Source: Thermoanaerobaculia bacterium
Lineage (GTDB): Bacteria > Acidobacteriota > Thermoanaerobaculia > Multivoradales > JAHEKO01
Direction of reading: 5' to 3'
DNA length: 64,000 nucleotides
Assembly: GCA_049664225.1 (NCBI GenBank)
Contig: JBATEX010000057.1
Span: 15,369-79,368 of the forward strand
Each line of letters begins with the position of its first letter. Position 1 is the first letter of the stretch. The position numbers and the translations under genes are program-made. The notes below the pieces were generated by a model, which did no database searches, had not been told where the DNA came from, and saw nothing but the letters and a program-made list of their open reading frames with translations. Below, piece after piece: positions 35,011 to 42,084 of this stretch.

Positions 35011-36090
35011 TTAGACGTTGAAGAAGAACTCCTGGATGTGAATGAAGTACTTCAGGTTGAGCGCCCACCGGAAGTACATCTTGATGGGCAAGAGCATCAT
35101 CACGAGAAACAGGCTCATGCCAACGTAGAATCGCGATGGACCCATCTTCTCGTAGTAGCGTTTGAAGCCCCTGGCCTTGCTCAGCACGACCGGCAGTACA
35201 AAAAGATAGAGAGCCAACAGCAGGATTCCGAAGATCTCGCGAAGCAGCCAGTGGGAGGGCAAACCGACTCCCAGGACCTTGATCCAGATGATCTCAGACA
35301 GGTCGACGTTGACCAGCGGCTCGATCTTCTCCATATCCCAGAATTCGAACGGCCCGAAGAAATTCCAGTTGGGACCGCGTAGAAAGGTGCCGATCACGAT
35401 CATCTGGCACCACAGCACGAGGAAGCCGAAGAGAAAGAGGGTGATCTCCGTCTTGCGCTCCTTGAAGGTGTAGTAGCCGTTCCCCTTCGGGTTGGTGTCG
35501 ATATAGGGGATCGCCATCAGTCCAACGATGATCAGTCCGGGAAGGACCACGCCAGCCATCCACGGGTCGAAATAGACCAGCATCTCCTGCAAGCCCAGGA
35601 AGTACCAAGGTGCCTTCGAAGGATTTGGAGCCACCGATGGGTTGGCCGGTTCCTCGAGCGGCGCCTGGAGCACGATCGACCAGATCACCAGGCCGACCAT
35701 CAGCAAGATCATGCAGATGAACTCGATAAAGACCAGATCGGGCCAGGTGAAGATCTTGTCTTCGACTTCGCTCATCTCGAAAGTCGGCTCACCTCGCTCC
35801 ATCAACTCGTCATTGCGATTGGCCTTGTACATGGCGAGCCATAGGAAGTAGCCGACCAGAAAGACCATCATGACGATGGGAACGTTGTCCGGCTTCGCCA
35901 CGACGCTTCTGAAGTTCGGGTCGAGCAGGCTGAGGCCGAAGGCGACCACGCTGGCCACAAACATGATGAGGCCGCCCGGTCGCGTCCACAACTTCTTGGA
36001 CCACAGCAGGACGAAGAAGACCACCAACGAAAGCGTGAACGACCACTTCGGGTAGGACAGATAGTTGATGAGATCTTGGATCGCTTCCAT
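35011..36090 (-). CDS. cytochrome b C-terminal-domain subunit (subunit IV-like, enlarged)
   Basis: 359 aa with about 8 TM segments. The Qo-site motif region PNPSKAPWYFLGLQEML corresponds to PEWY. Much longer than a b6f subunit IV. Confidence 0.75.
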   Translation of the reverse strand: MEAIQDLINYLSYPKWSFTLSLVVFFVLLWSKKLWTRPGGLIMFVASVVAFGLSLLDPNFRSVVAKPDNVPIVMMVFLVGYFLWLAMYKANRNDELMERGEPTFEMSEVEDKIFTWPDLVFIEFICMILLMVGLVIWSIVLQAPLEEPANPSVAPNPSKAPWYFLGLQEMLVYFDPWMAGVVLPGLIIVGLMAIPYIDTNPKGNGYYTFKERKTEITLFLFGFLVLWCQMIVIGTFLRGPNWNFFGPFEFWDMEKIEPLVNVDLSEIIWIKVLGVGLPSHWLLREIFGILLLALYLFVLPVVLSKARGFKRYYEKMGPSRFYVGMSLFLVMMLLPIKMYFRWALNLKYFIHIQEFFFNV

Positions 36091-36103
36091 AGCGCTCGTC
36101 GGC

Positions 36104-36892
36104 TCAGACAGGCCCGGAGATGCCGCCGTCCTTGCGTACCCGCCAGAAGTGGACCGCGATCAGAAAGGCGGCCACGAAGGGAATGCCGACGCAATGCAGC
36201 ACATAGAACCGAATCAGAGTTCCCCCACCGATCGTGCGCCCGGCTATCAAGGCGAAGCGCGCATCGCTTCCGACGTGAATCAGCTTCGTCCCACCGAGTT
36301 GCAGCAATGCAGAGCCCGGTCCCTCCGTGCCGACGAAGGGAGTCGCCCTGGCCATATTGGAGCCCACCGTAATGGCCCAGATCGCCAACTGATCCCAAGG
36401 CAGGAGATAGCCGGTAAACGACAGGAGAAGGGTGAGTACGAGCAGGATCACACCGACGTTCCAATTAAACTCGCGAGGCGGCTTGTAGGAACCGGTCATG
36501 AAGACCCTGAACATGTGGAGCCACACCGCAATGACCATGAGGTGCGCACCCCAGCGATGGAGCTCCCGCATGATCCCAAAAGCAGCTGCCTCACGCAGAT
36601 CCACCATGTCGAAATACGCGTACTCGACAGTCGGCCGGTAGTAGAACATGAGCAGTAGGCCGGTAATCGTCTCGACCAGAAACAAAAAGAAGGCCGTCCC
36701 ACCCATGCACCAGGTGTAGCTCATACGCAGACCCGACTTCTTCACCTTGATCGGGTGGAGGTGCAGCACCACATTGCCGAGCATGGCAAGGGCTCGCTTC
36801 CGGTTGTCGGTGGGAATACCGACCCGGAAGATGGATTTCCAGACCTGCGACTGGGTGACGCTTTTCTGAATCTTCTTGAGCATGATCTTCAA
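36104..36892 (-). CDS. petB: cytochrome b6-like subunit (cytochrome b N-terminal domain)
   Basis: [36 protein letters not shown] and [34 protein letters not shown] supply the four heme b His ligands. YTWCMGG aligns with the b6 YCLGG cysteine. Confidence 0.9.
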   Translation of the reverse strand: MKIMLKKIQKSVTQSQVWKSIFRVGIPTDNRKRALAMLGNVVLHLHPIKVKKSGLRMSYTWCMGGTAFFLFLVETITGLLLMFYYRPTVEYAYFDMVDLREAAAFGIMRELHRWGAHLMVIAVWLHMFRVFMTGSYKPPREFNWNVGVILLVLTLLLSFTGYLLPWDQLAIWAITVGSNMARATPFVGTEGPGSALLQLGGTKLIHVGSDARFALIAGRTIGGGTLIRFYVLHCVGIPFVAAFLIAVHFWRVRKDGGISGPV

Positions 36893-36910
36893 GTGTCAGT
36901 CTCTCAAGTC

Positions 36911-37438
36911 TCAGGTGACCTCGACAAAGGACTCGGGATCCTCCCATTGCCCCAGCTCCCACTGGTACTTCTGGGACTTGTCAACCACCAGCTGGCCATC
37001 GTCCGCATCGACGAAGATCCGCGCCCGCTCGAGGGGGCGGGGGGTCGGACCTTCGAAGTTGATCCCGTCCTTGTAGTAGCCGCTGCCGTGGCATGGGCAT
37101 TTGAATTTGTTCTGCGCCTCCAACCAGTTGGGCGGACAGCCGAGGTGGGTGCAGATCGCGATCAGCGCGTAGAGCTTGCCGTTGCTGTTGACGATCCAGA
37201 CGCCATTCGACTCTTTGAACCGCTCGTCGACCACCCCGGGGCTGAAGTCCTCCGCCAGGCCAACCCTGAAGGTCGTAGGTGGCTCATACAGAACATTGGG
37301 GAAAAGGAACCGGTTCAGAGCGGTGACGCAGCCACCGATCGCGGCAGTAAAGCCGATCCAGGCCAGCGCCGCCCAGGACAAAAAGCCCCGGCGGGAGACC
37401 TTTTCCACACGCTCTTCCCTGGTTGTCTCTTCAGCCAT
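36911..37438 (-). CDS. petA: Rieske 2Fe-2S protein
   Basis: Tat-like leader SRRGFLSWAALAWIG. Cluster boxes CTHLGCPP and CPCHGSGY. Confidence 0.9.
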   Translation of the reverse strand: MAEETTREERVEKVSRRGFLSWAALAWIGFTAAIGGCVTALNRFLFPNVLYEPPTTFRVGLAEDFSPGVVDERFKESNGVWIVNSNGKLYALIAICTHLGCPPNWLEAQNKFKCPCHGSGYYKDGINFEGPTPRPLERARIFVDADDGQLVVDKSQKYQWELGQWEDPESFVEVT

Positions 37439-37506
37439 CCTTTAGAGAGAGTCGCCTCGCGCCCCGCGAGTCGCGCGGACATCTCATCCTCGAATCGGTA
37501 ACTGGT

Positions 37507-37524
37507 TTGCACTTTGTAGTGCAA
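37507..37524. promoter_or_regulatory. 18-bp perfect palindrome TTGCAC-N6-GTGCAA upstream of the Rieske operon (candidate operator)
   Basis: TTGCACTTTGTAGTGCAA read directly. Lies 69-86 nt upstream of the Rieske ATG. A Crp/Fnr-family regulator is encoded 1.3 kb upstream. It could instead be a weak hairpin after the methyltransferase gene. Confidence 0.3.
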
Positions 37525-37561
37525 CATCGCCGAGGTGTCAAGGGGCAAAGCGGCGCCTGAC

Positions 37562-38326
37562 TCAGCGTACGACCACGATCAGGTCCCTCGAATCGACTTC
37601 GTCATAAGCACTCCCGTCGAACGCGCCAAAGCGTTCGGAGACCCGGAAACCGGCCGCCTCGAAATGCCCCTCGAGCTCCTCGAGACGCCATCCCTGGAGC
37701 CGCACTTCTTTGGACGCTTTGACCACCAGAGGAGGCTCGTGCCCAGGCCTCAGCTGCAGCGTCGAAGGAAAGAAGGTGACACTGCCGTCCGAGTGCAGAT
37801 TCATCAGTCTCAGAAAGACGATATCGCCGGAGTCGTCAGGCCGAAGACTCACCGGCAGACACCTCTCCTGCCGCCGGAAGATCCTCTCGTAGTTGAGCAT
37901 CTGGAGCAGAAGAGGTGCACCTTCAGCAAGGTGGAGACGAAGGCCGGCGAGGAAACGTTCGAGGCTGTCACGGTCGAGCAGGTGAGGCAGAGTGTTGCCG
38001 AGACAGATCGCTCCGCCAAAAGAGCCCGTCAAGAGGCTCTGCAGCTCACTGAGGTCCCCCTGGAGGTACTCGATTCCGGCTAGCTGCGGCGCCTCACGCG
38101 CCGTCGCGATCTGCGACTCGGAGGAGTCGATACCCACAACCGAAAAGCCCTGCTGGGCCAAGAATCGGGCGTGCTCGCCTGTACCACATCCCAAGTCCAG
38201 CACTCGCTCGGAGGGTCCCGAGCTCAGGACACGGCCGAGCAGGTCGGCCTCACGCTCAATTCGGCTCGGCCAGGCGATGAGGCGCCGGTACTCGAGTCGC
38301 GAATACTTGTCATTCTCGCTCGTCAT
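37562..38326 (-). CDS. class I SAM-dependent methyltransferase
   Basis: Motif I VLDLGCGTGEHARFLA; acidic post-I residue in VVGIDSS. Confidence 0.8.
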   Translation of the reverse strand: MTSENDKYSRLEYRRLIAWPSRIEREADLLGRVLSSGPSERVLDLGCGTGEHARFLAQQGFSVVGIDSSESQIATAREAPQLAGIEYLQGDLSELQSLLTGSFGGAICLGNTLPHLLDRDSLERFLAGLRLHLAEGAPLLLQMLNYERIFRRQERCLPVSLRPDDSGDIVFLRLMNLHSDGSVTFFPSTLQLRPGHEPPLVVKASKEVRLQGWRLEELEGHFEAAGFRVSERFGAFDGSAYDEVDSRDLIVVVR

Positions 38327-38368
38327 TCGATCTCAGCCCACGGGTTGGCAGAGCCTCTACCCCGCCTG

Positions 38369-38746
38369 TCAGAGATTTCTCAGGTAGATCACGATTTCCA
38401 TGAGATTCTCGTCGGTGAGGGCGGGGTTCCCACCTTTCGGCGGCATGTCGATTCCACGTTCGTTCGCTGGGTCCCAGGAAGGCCGACCCTCCTTGAGAAA
38501 CTCCACCAGCTCCTCGTCGCTCAGGCCGTCCACGAATGAGCTCGCATTCAGCGCCTTGCCGAGCCTCGCCTTGCCCTCGCCTTCAGCTCCATGGCAGAGC
38601 GCACAGGTGGCCAGGTAGTGCTGACGTCCTTTCGAAGCCTCTGCGCCGCTCGGCCTGTCAGACGTTCCACAAGCCGTGAGGAGGAGGCTTGCTCCAGCGA
38701 TCAACACGAGGGCAGACAAAGCACTTCGTTTGGCTCTTCCATTCAT
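38369..38746 (-). CDS. monoheme c-type cytochrome lipoprotein
   Basis: The ATG at 38746 (GGAGAG RBS) gives MNGRAKRSALSALVLIAGASLLLTACG. One heme motif, CALCHG. The ORF track start at 38827 adds an R/S-rich extension I consider unlikely. Confidence 0.8.
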   Translation of the reverse strand: MNGRAKRSALSALVLIAGASLLLTACGTSDRPSGAEASKGRQHYLATCALCHGAEGEGKARLGKALNASSFVDGLSDEELVEFLKEGRPSWDPANERGIDMPPKGGNPALTDENLMEIVIYLRNL

Positions 38747-38834
38747 CAGCTCACTCTCCGAGTTACTCCTGGTGGATCGGAATCGAATCGACCGGCTCCT
38801 GCATCGGCTCCGCAACCTGGTGACCATCTGCTCT

Positions 38835-39539
38835 TCAATCGGCGGATATCTGCTCTAGCGCCCTCCGGTCGGTGACCAGAAAGCCGCTCTTCTCCGTTTG
38901 GACGACGCCTTCTTTGCCCCAACGACTCATGATACGAATCGAGGTCTCGACGGTGGTGCCCATCAGGTCTGCCAACTCCTGTCTCGATAGGCTCATGGGG
39001 ATGAAGACCCCATCCGCCTTGGACTGGCCCATCTCGCTTGCAAGCTTGAGAAATAGGCGAGCGAACCGTGTCTCCACCTTGCCTGCCGCGTGGTCCGCGA
39101 ACCGGTCGGCCAGGACCACAATGCGATGGGTCATGGCTTTCAGCAGCCCTCTGGCAAGCGAGGGTCGAGTCTCCAGCAGCTGGAAGAAGGGGTCTTTCGG
39201 GATTCTGACACAGAGGGTCTCATCCATCGCCTCTGCGGTCGCTGGATACGCGAGTGACTCATAAACGGCCACTGCCCCGACCGGATCGCCGGGGCCCAGA
39301 ATCTCGAGAATCACGACCCGACCGTTGGGCATCACCTTGTAGACCTTGACTCGGCCACGAACGAGGGTGAAGAAGTCCTGTGCCGGATCCCCTTCATGAA
39401 AGACTGCCTCCCCTTTGTCGAACCTCTCGACCGTGGCGGCAGCTGCCAAATGCTCGCGATCGTCTTCCGAGAGTCGACGGTAGAGGGCGACTTCGAGCAA
39501 CAGATCCTGTACTTCGGGTGTCACGGTCCTCCACATCAA
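38835..39539 (-). CDS. Crp/Fnr family transcriptional regulator
   Basis: cNMP-binding beta-roll (FHEGDPAQDFFTLVRGRVKVY) and a C-terminal HTH (SRQELADLMGTTVETSIRIMSRW). No N-terminal Cys cluster of the FNR type. Confidence 0.85.
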   Translation of the reverse strand: MMWRTVTPEVQDLLLEVALYRRLSEDDREHLAAAATVERFDKGEAVFHEGDPAQDFFTLVRGRVKVYKVMPNGRVVILEILGPGDPVGAVAVYESLAYPATAEAMDETLCVRIPKDPFFQLLETRPSLARGLLKAMTHRIVVLADRFADHAAGKVETRFARLFLKLASEMGQSKADGVFIPMSLSRQELADLMGTTVETSIRIMSRWGKEGVVQTEKSGFLVTDRRALEQISAD

Positions 39540-39574
39540 CCACGAGGTGTTTCGGAGTCTCTCGCCAGAGCGGC

Positions 39575-40444
39575 CTAATCCCCAAGTGAATCGAGAGCGG
39601 CGAGGGCGGCTCGTCTCACTTTGAGACTCGGATCGTTGTCTGCAAGCTCCTCGAGCAGAGGCTTCGCTCCGAGGCCTTCGACAACTCCGAGAGCCTGGAC
39701 GGCACTGACCATCGCCTCCTCTGCCTGGGCCGGGGTGAGATCGGGGATCTGCGCCGTCAGACCTCGGTCCAGCATCTGCTCCAGCACGGCCACACCGGCA
39801 CTGCTACCCAGGCGACTGAGCGCGAGGGCTGCGTTCCATCGGACATCGGCGACCCCGTCTTGCAGCAGCGGCGTCAACGGATCGATCCCGGCGGCCAACC
39901 CAAGCTCTCCCAGGCTGAAGGCAGCCGTCTTGCGGATCCCAGAATCGGGATCCTGTAGTGCTGTAGTCAGCAGCGGGATCGCGTCAGGGTCGCCCGATGT
40001 GCCCAGAGCCCAGAGCGCATAGATCCTGGCTTCGGAATCCGGGTCGTTCAGCGTTTCCTCGAGGAGCGGAAGGGCTGCAGGATCTTGCGTATAGCCCATG
40101 ATCAGCGCCAGGTACCGACGCATCTCCGGGTCCTCACTCTCGGTGAAGAGCCGTCGGATCTCCTCTCTGGAACCCGGCACGTCGCCCAGCGCCTCTGGGT
40201 CGGCAACCAGCACTTTCGACAACTCGTAGGCCGCCTGGGCCCTCCGAGGCCGCCATCCCGACTTCAGATCGTTCAAGTAGTCTTCGGCGGAGTTGTGGTC
40301 GTAGGCGATCCAACCGAAGCCGACGAAGACGGCGACGCAGATCAGGACCACCAGCAGGGGCACCATGAACAGTCCGACAAAGGTCCTCAGCGGACCGTCT
40401 CCAGCCTCCTGTTGAACAGCAAGTCGTGGGCTCTTGTCGTCCAT
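39575..40444 (-). CDS. membrane-anchored HEAT-repeat protein
   Basis: The ATG at 40444 gives MDDKSPRLAV, one TM segment (FVGLFMVPLLVVLICVAVFVGFGWI) and repeated D..VR..AA.ALG HEAT-like units. Confidence 0.7.
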   Translation of the reverse strand: MDDKSPRLAVQQEAGDGPLRTFVGLFMVPLLVVLICVAVFVGFGWIAYDHNSAEDYLNDLKSGWRPRRAQAAYELSKVLVADPEALGDVPGSREEIRRLFTESEDPEMRRYLALIMGYTQDPAALPLLEETLNDPDSEARIYALWALGTSGDPDAIPLLTTALQDPDSGIRKTAAFSLGELGLAAGIDPLTPLLQDGVADVRWNAALALSRLGSSAGVAVLEQMLDRGLTAQIPDLTPAQAEEAMVSAVQALGVVEGLGAKPLLEELADNDPSLKVRRAALAALDSLGD

Positions 40445-40525
40445 CTCCGCGGAGCTTACCGCGTTCTTCCGGTTTGAGGAAAAAGCCCAGTGCGCCAGTC
40501 CGATCGCCGGCAAATGGCAGGTCAA

Positions 40526-40540
40526 TGACAAACTTTGTCA
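40526..40540. promoter_or_regulatory. 15-bp perfect palindrome TGACAAA-C-TTTGTCA in the divergent HEAT/pilin intergenic region
   Basis: Read directly from the sequence. It lies between the preferred HEAT start (40444) and the pilin-like gene start (40683). Confidence 0.25.
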
Positions 40541-40682
40541 CTGCGGAAGGGGCCAATGCCACCGACTCCCGTACTGGTCCCGACCCAGAGCTGGCACGGC
40601 GACTGCAGAGATCCGATAGAAACAACTATGGCTATACATCTGAATTCCAACGACCGAGGCTTCTAGCCAGAGGCAATCCACT

Positions 40683-41219
40683 ATGCGCTACCGCCACTCT
40701 TCCCGCGGGTTCACCCTGATCGAGCTTCTGATCGTGGTGGCCATCATCGGCATCGTGGCCGCCATCCTGATTCCCAATCTCCTAGATGCTCTCCAGAAGT
40801 CGAAGCAAAAAAGGACCGTGGCCGACATGCGTGAAACCGGCTCGGCATGGTTCTCCTGGCTTACCGACCAGGTCTCAGCCGCGGCCTCCGGTTCTTCGCA
40901 GACCTTCGACTTCTCCGGACTTACCGAGATCCTCACTGACGATGAGCTGATGTCCACTCTCTACGTCAGCAGCACGATGTTCTACACGCGAGAGGTACCG
41001 CACAACGATGGTTGGGGGTTCGAGCTCGAGTACGCCTGGTCTGGCGACACGCTCGCTTCGGCCGTGCTCGGAATCCGGAGTCTGGGCCGGGACGGGCAAG
41101 AGGGGCCCGCGACGAGTCCCTACACCATCGGACCTTTCAGGACGACTTCGTACGAAGAGGACATCGTCTGGGCCGACGGCTATTTCATTCGGTACCCCGC
41201 TGGCACCAAAGTGGATTGA
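40683..41219 (+). CDS. prepilin-type N-terminal cleavage/methylation domain protein (pilin/pseudopilin-like)
   Basis: GFTLIELLIVVAIIGIVAAILIPN is the class III signal and methylation motif. Confidence 0.85.
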   Translation: MRYRHSSRGFTLIELLIVVAIIGIVAAILIPNLLDALQKSKQKRTVADMRETGSAWFSWLTDQVSAAASGSSQTFDFSGLTEILTDDELMSTLYVSSTMFYTREVPHNDGWGFELEYAWSGDTLASAVLGIRSLGRDGQEGPATSPYTIGPFRTTSYEEDIVWADGYFIRYPAGTKVD

Positions 41220-41292
41220 TCGCCAAACCCCCTCACTGAGGCCATCGAACGGCCTACCACCTTGAGCTTCCAAGGTTGGGTCTTCCTCGATC

Positions 41293-41320
41293 TTGACACG
41301 GGTGGCTACATGGGTATCCT
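41293..41320 (+). promoter_or_regulatory. candidate sigma70-type promoter for the act operon
   Basis: TTGACA (41293-41298), a 16-nt spacer, then TATCCT (41315-41320), about 93 nt upstream of the actA ATG. This is pattern match only. Confidence 0.3.
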
Positions 41321-41412
41321 TTCAAGACCTCTTGGAGGGCCGTTTTCGAGCGGCCCACGGGTCCTCGTATAGGATGGCTCGCGGTTCGCTCGAAAGCAGT
41401 TGAGGAACCCAA

Positions 41413-42060
41413 ATGTCGCAGATCTTCAAACCCAGCACCAACACGCTGGCCAAAGTCACTCTCTTTGGCGCGATTTTCTTTTTTCTCGTGTCGGTCTGGA
41501 TTCTAGTGAGCTTGAATCGATCGGCATATGCCACGAGACAGACCATCGTCCGGGCACAGCCGGTACCGTTCAGCCACGATCACCATACCGAGGCAATGGG
41601 AATCAGCTGCCTGTACTGCCACACCTCTGTCGAGACTTCGGCCTTTGCCGGTGTGCCACCAACTGCCACCTGCATGAACTGCCACAAGTTGATCTGGAAC
41701 GACAGCCCCATGCTGGAGCCGGTTCGGGAGAGCTTTCGCAGCGGCGAGCCGATTCGGTGGGCCAGGGTCAACGACCTGCCTGATTTCGTCTACTTCAATC
41801 ACAGCATCCATGTCGCCAAGGGCATGGGCTGCGTGACGTGCCATGGCCGCGTCGACAAGATGCCGCTGCTGAGGCAAGCCGTCTCGCTGCAGATGGAGTG
41901 GTGCCTGGAGTGCCATCGGGCTCCACAGAACTTCGTCCGGCCGAGGAGCGAGATCCTCAACATGGAATGGGCAGCCGAGGATCAATCGATCCTCGGAGCC
42001 CAACTCGTGGAGGAATACAACATCCAGAGCCTCCTGAGCTGTTCTGTCTGTCACCGCTAG
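41413..42060 (+). CDS. actA: Alternative Complex III pentaheme cytochrome c subunit ActA
   Basis: N-terminal TM segment plus five CxxCH motifs (CLYCH, CMNCH, CVTCH, CLECH, CSVCH). First gene of the act cluster. Confidence 0.85.
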   Translation: MSQIFKPSTNTLAKVTLFGAIFFFLVSVWILVSLNRSAYATRQTIVRAQPVPFSHDHHTEAMGISCLYCHTSVETSAFAGVPPTATCMNCHKLIWNDSPMLEPVRESFRSGEPIRWARVNDLPDFVYFNHSIHVAKGMGCVTCHGRVDKMPLLRQAVSLQMEWCLECHRAPQNFVRPRSEILNMEWAAEDQSILGAQLVEEYNIQSLLSCSVCHR

Positions 42061-42084
42061 CCGCAGTCGAAGGCACCGTAGAGA

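Noticed and set aside
38835-39539. Calling the regulator an oxygen-sensing FNR
   Set aside because: The N-terminal Cys cluster needed for the 4Fe-4S sensor is absent, so only a family-level Crp/Fnr assignment is justified.
41322-41546. 74-aa minus-strand ORF upstream of and overlapping actA
   Set aside because: It overlaps the actA start on the opposite strand, has no RBS or motif, and the region is better explained as the act promoter and leader.
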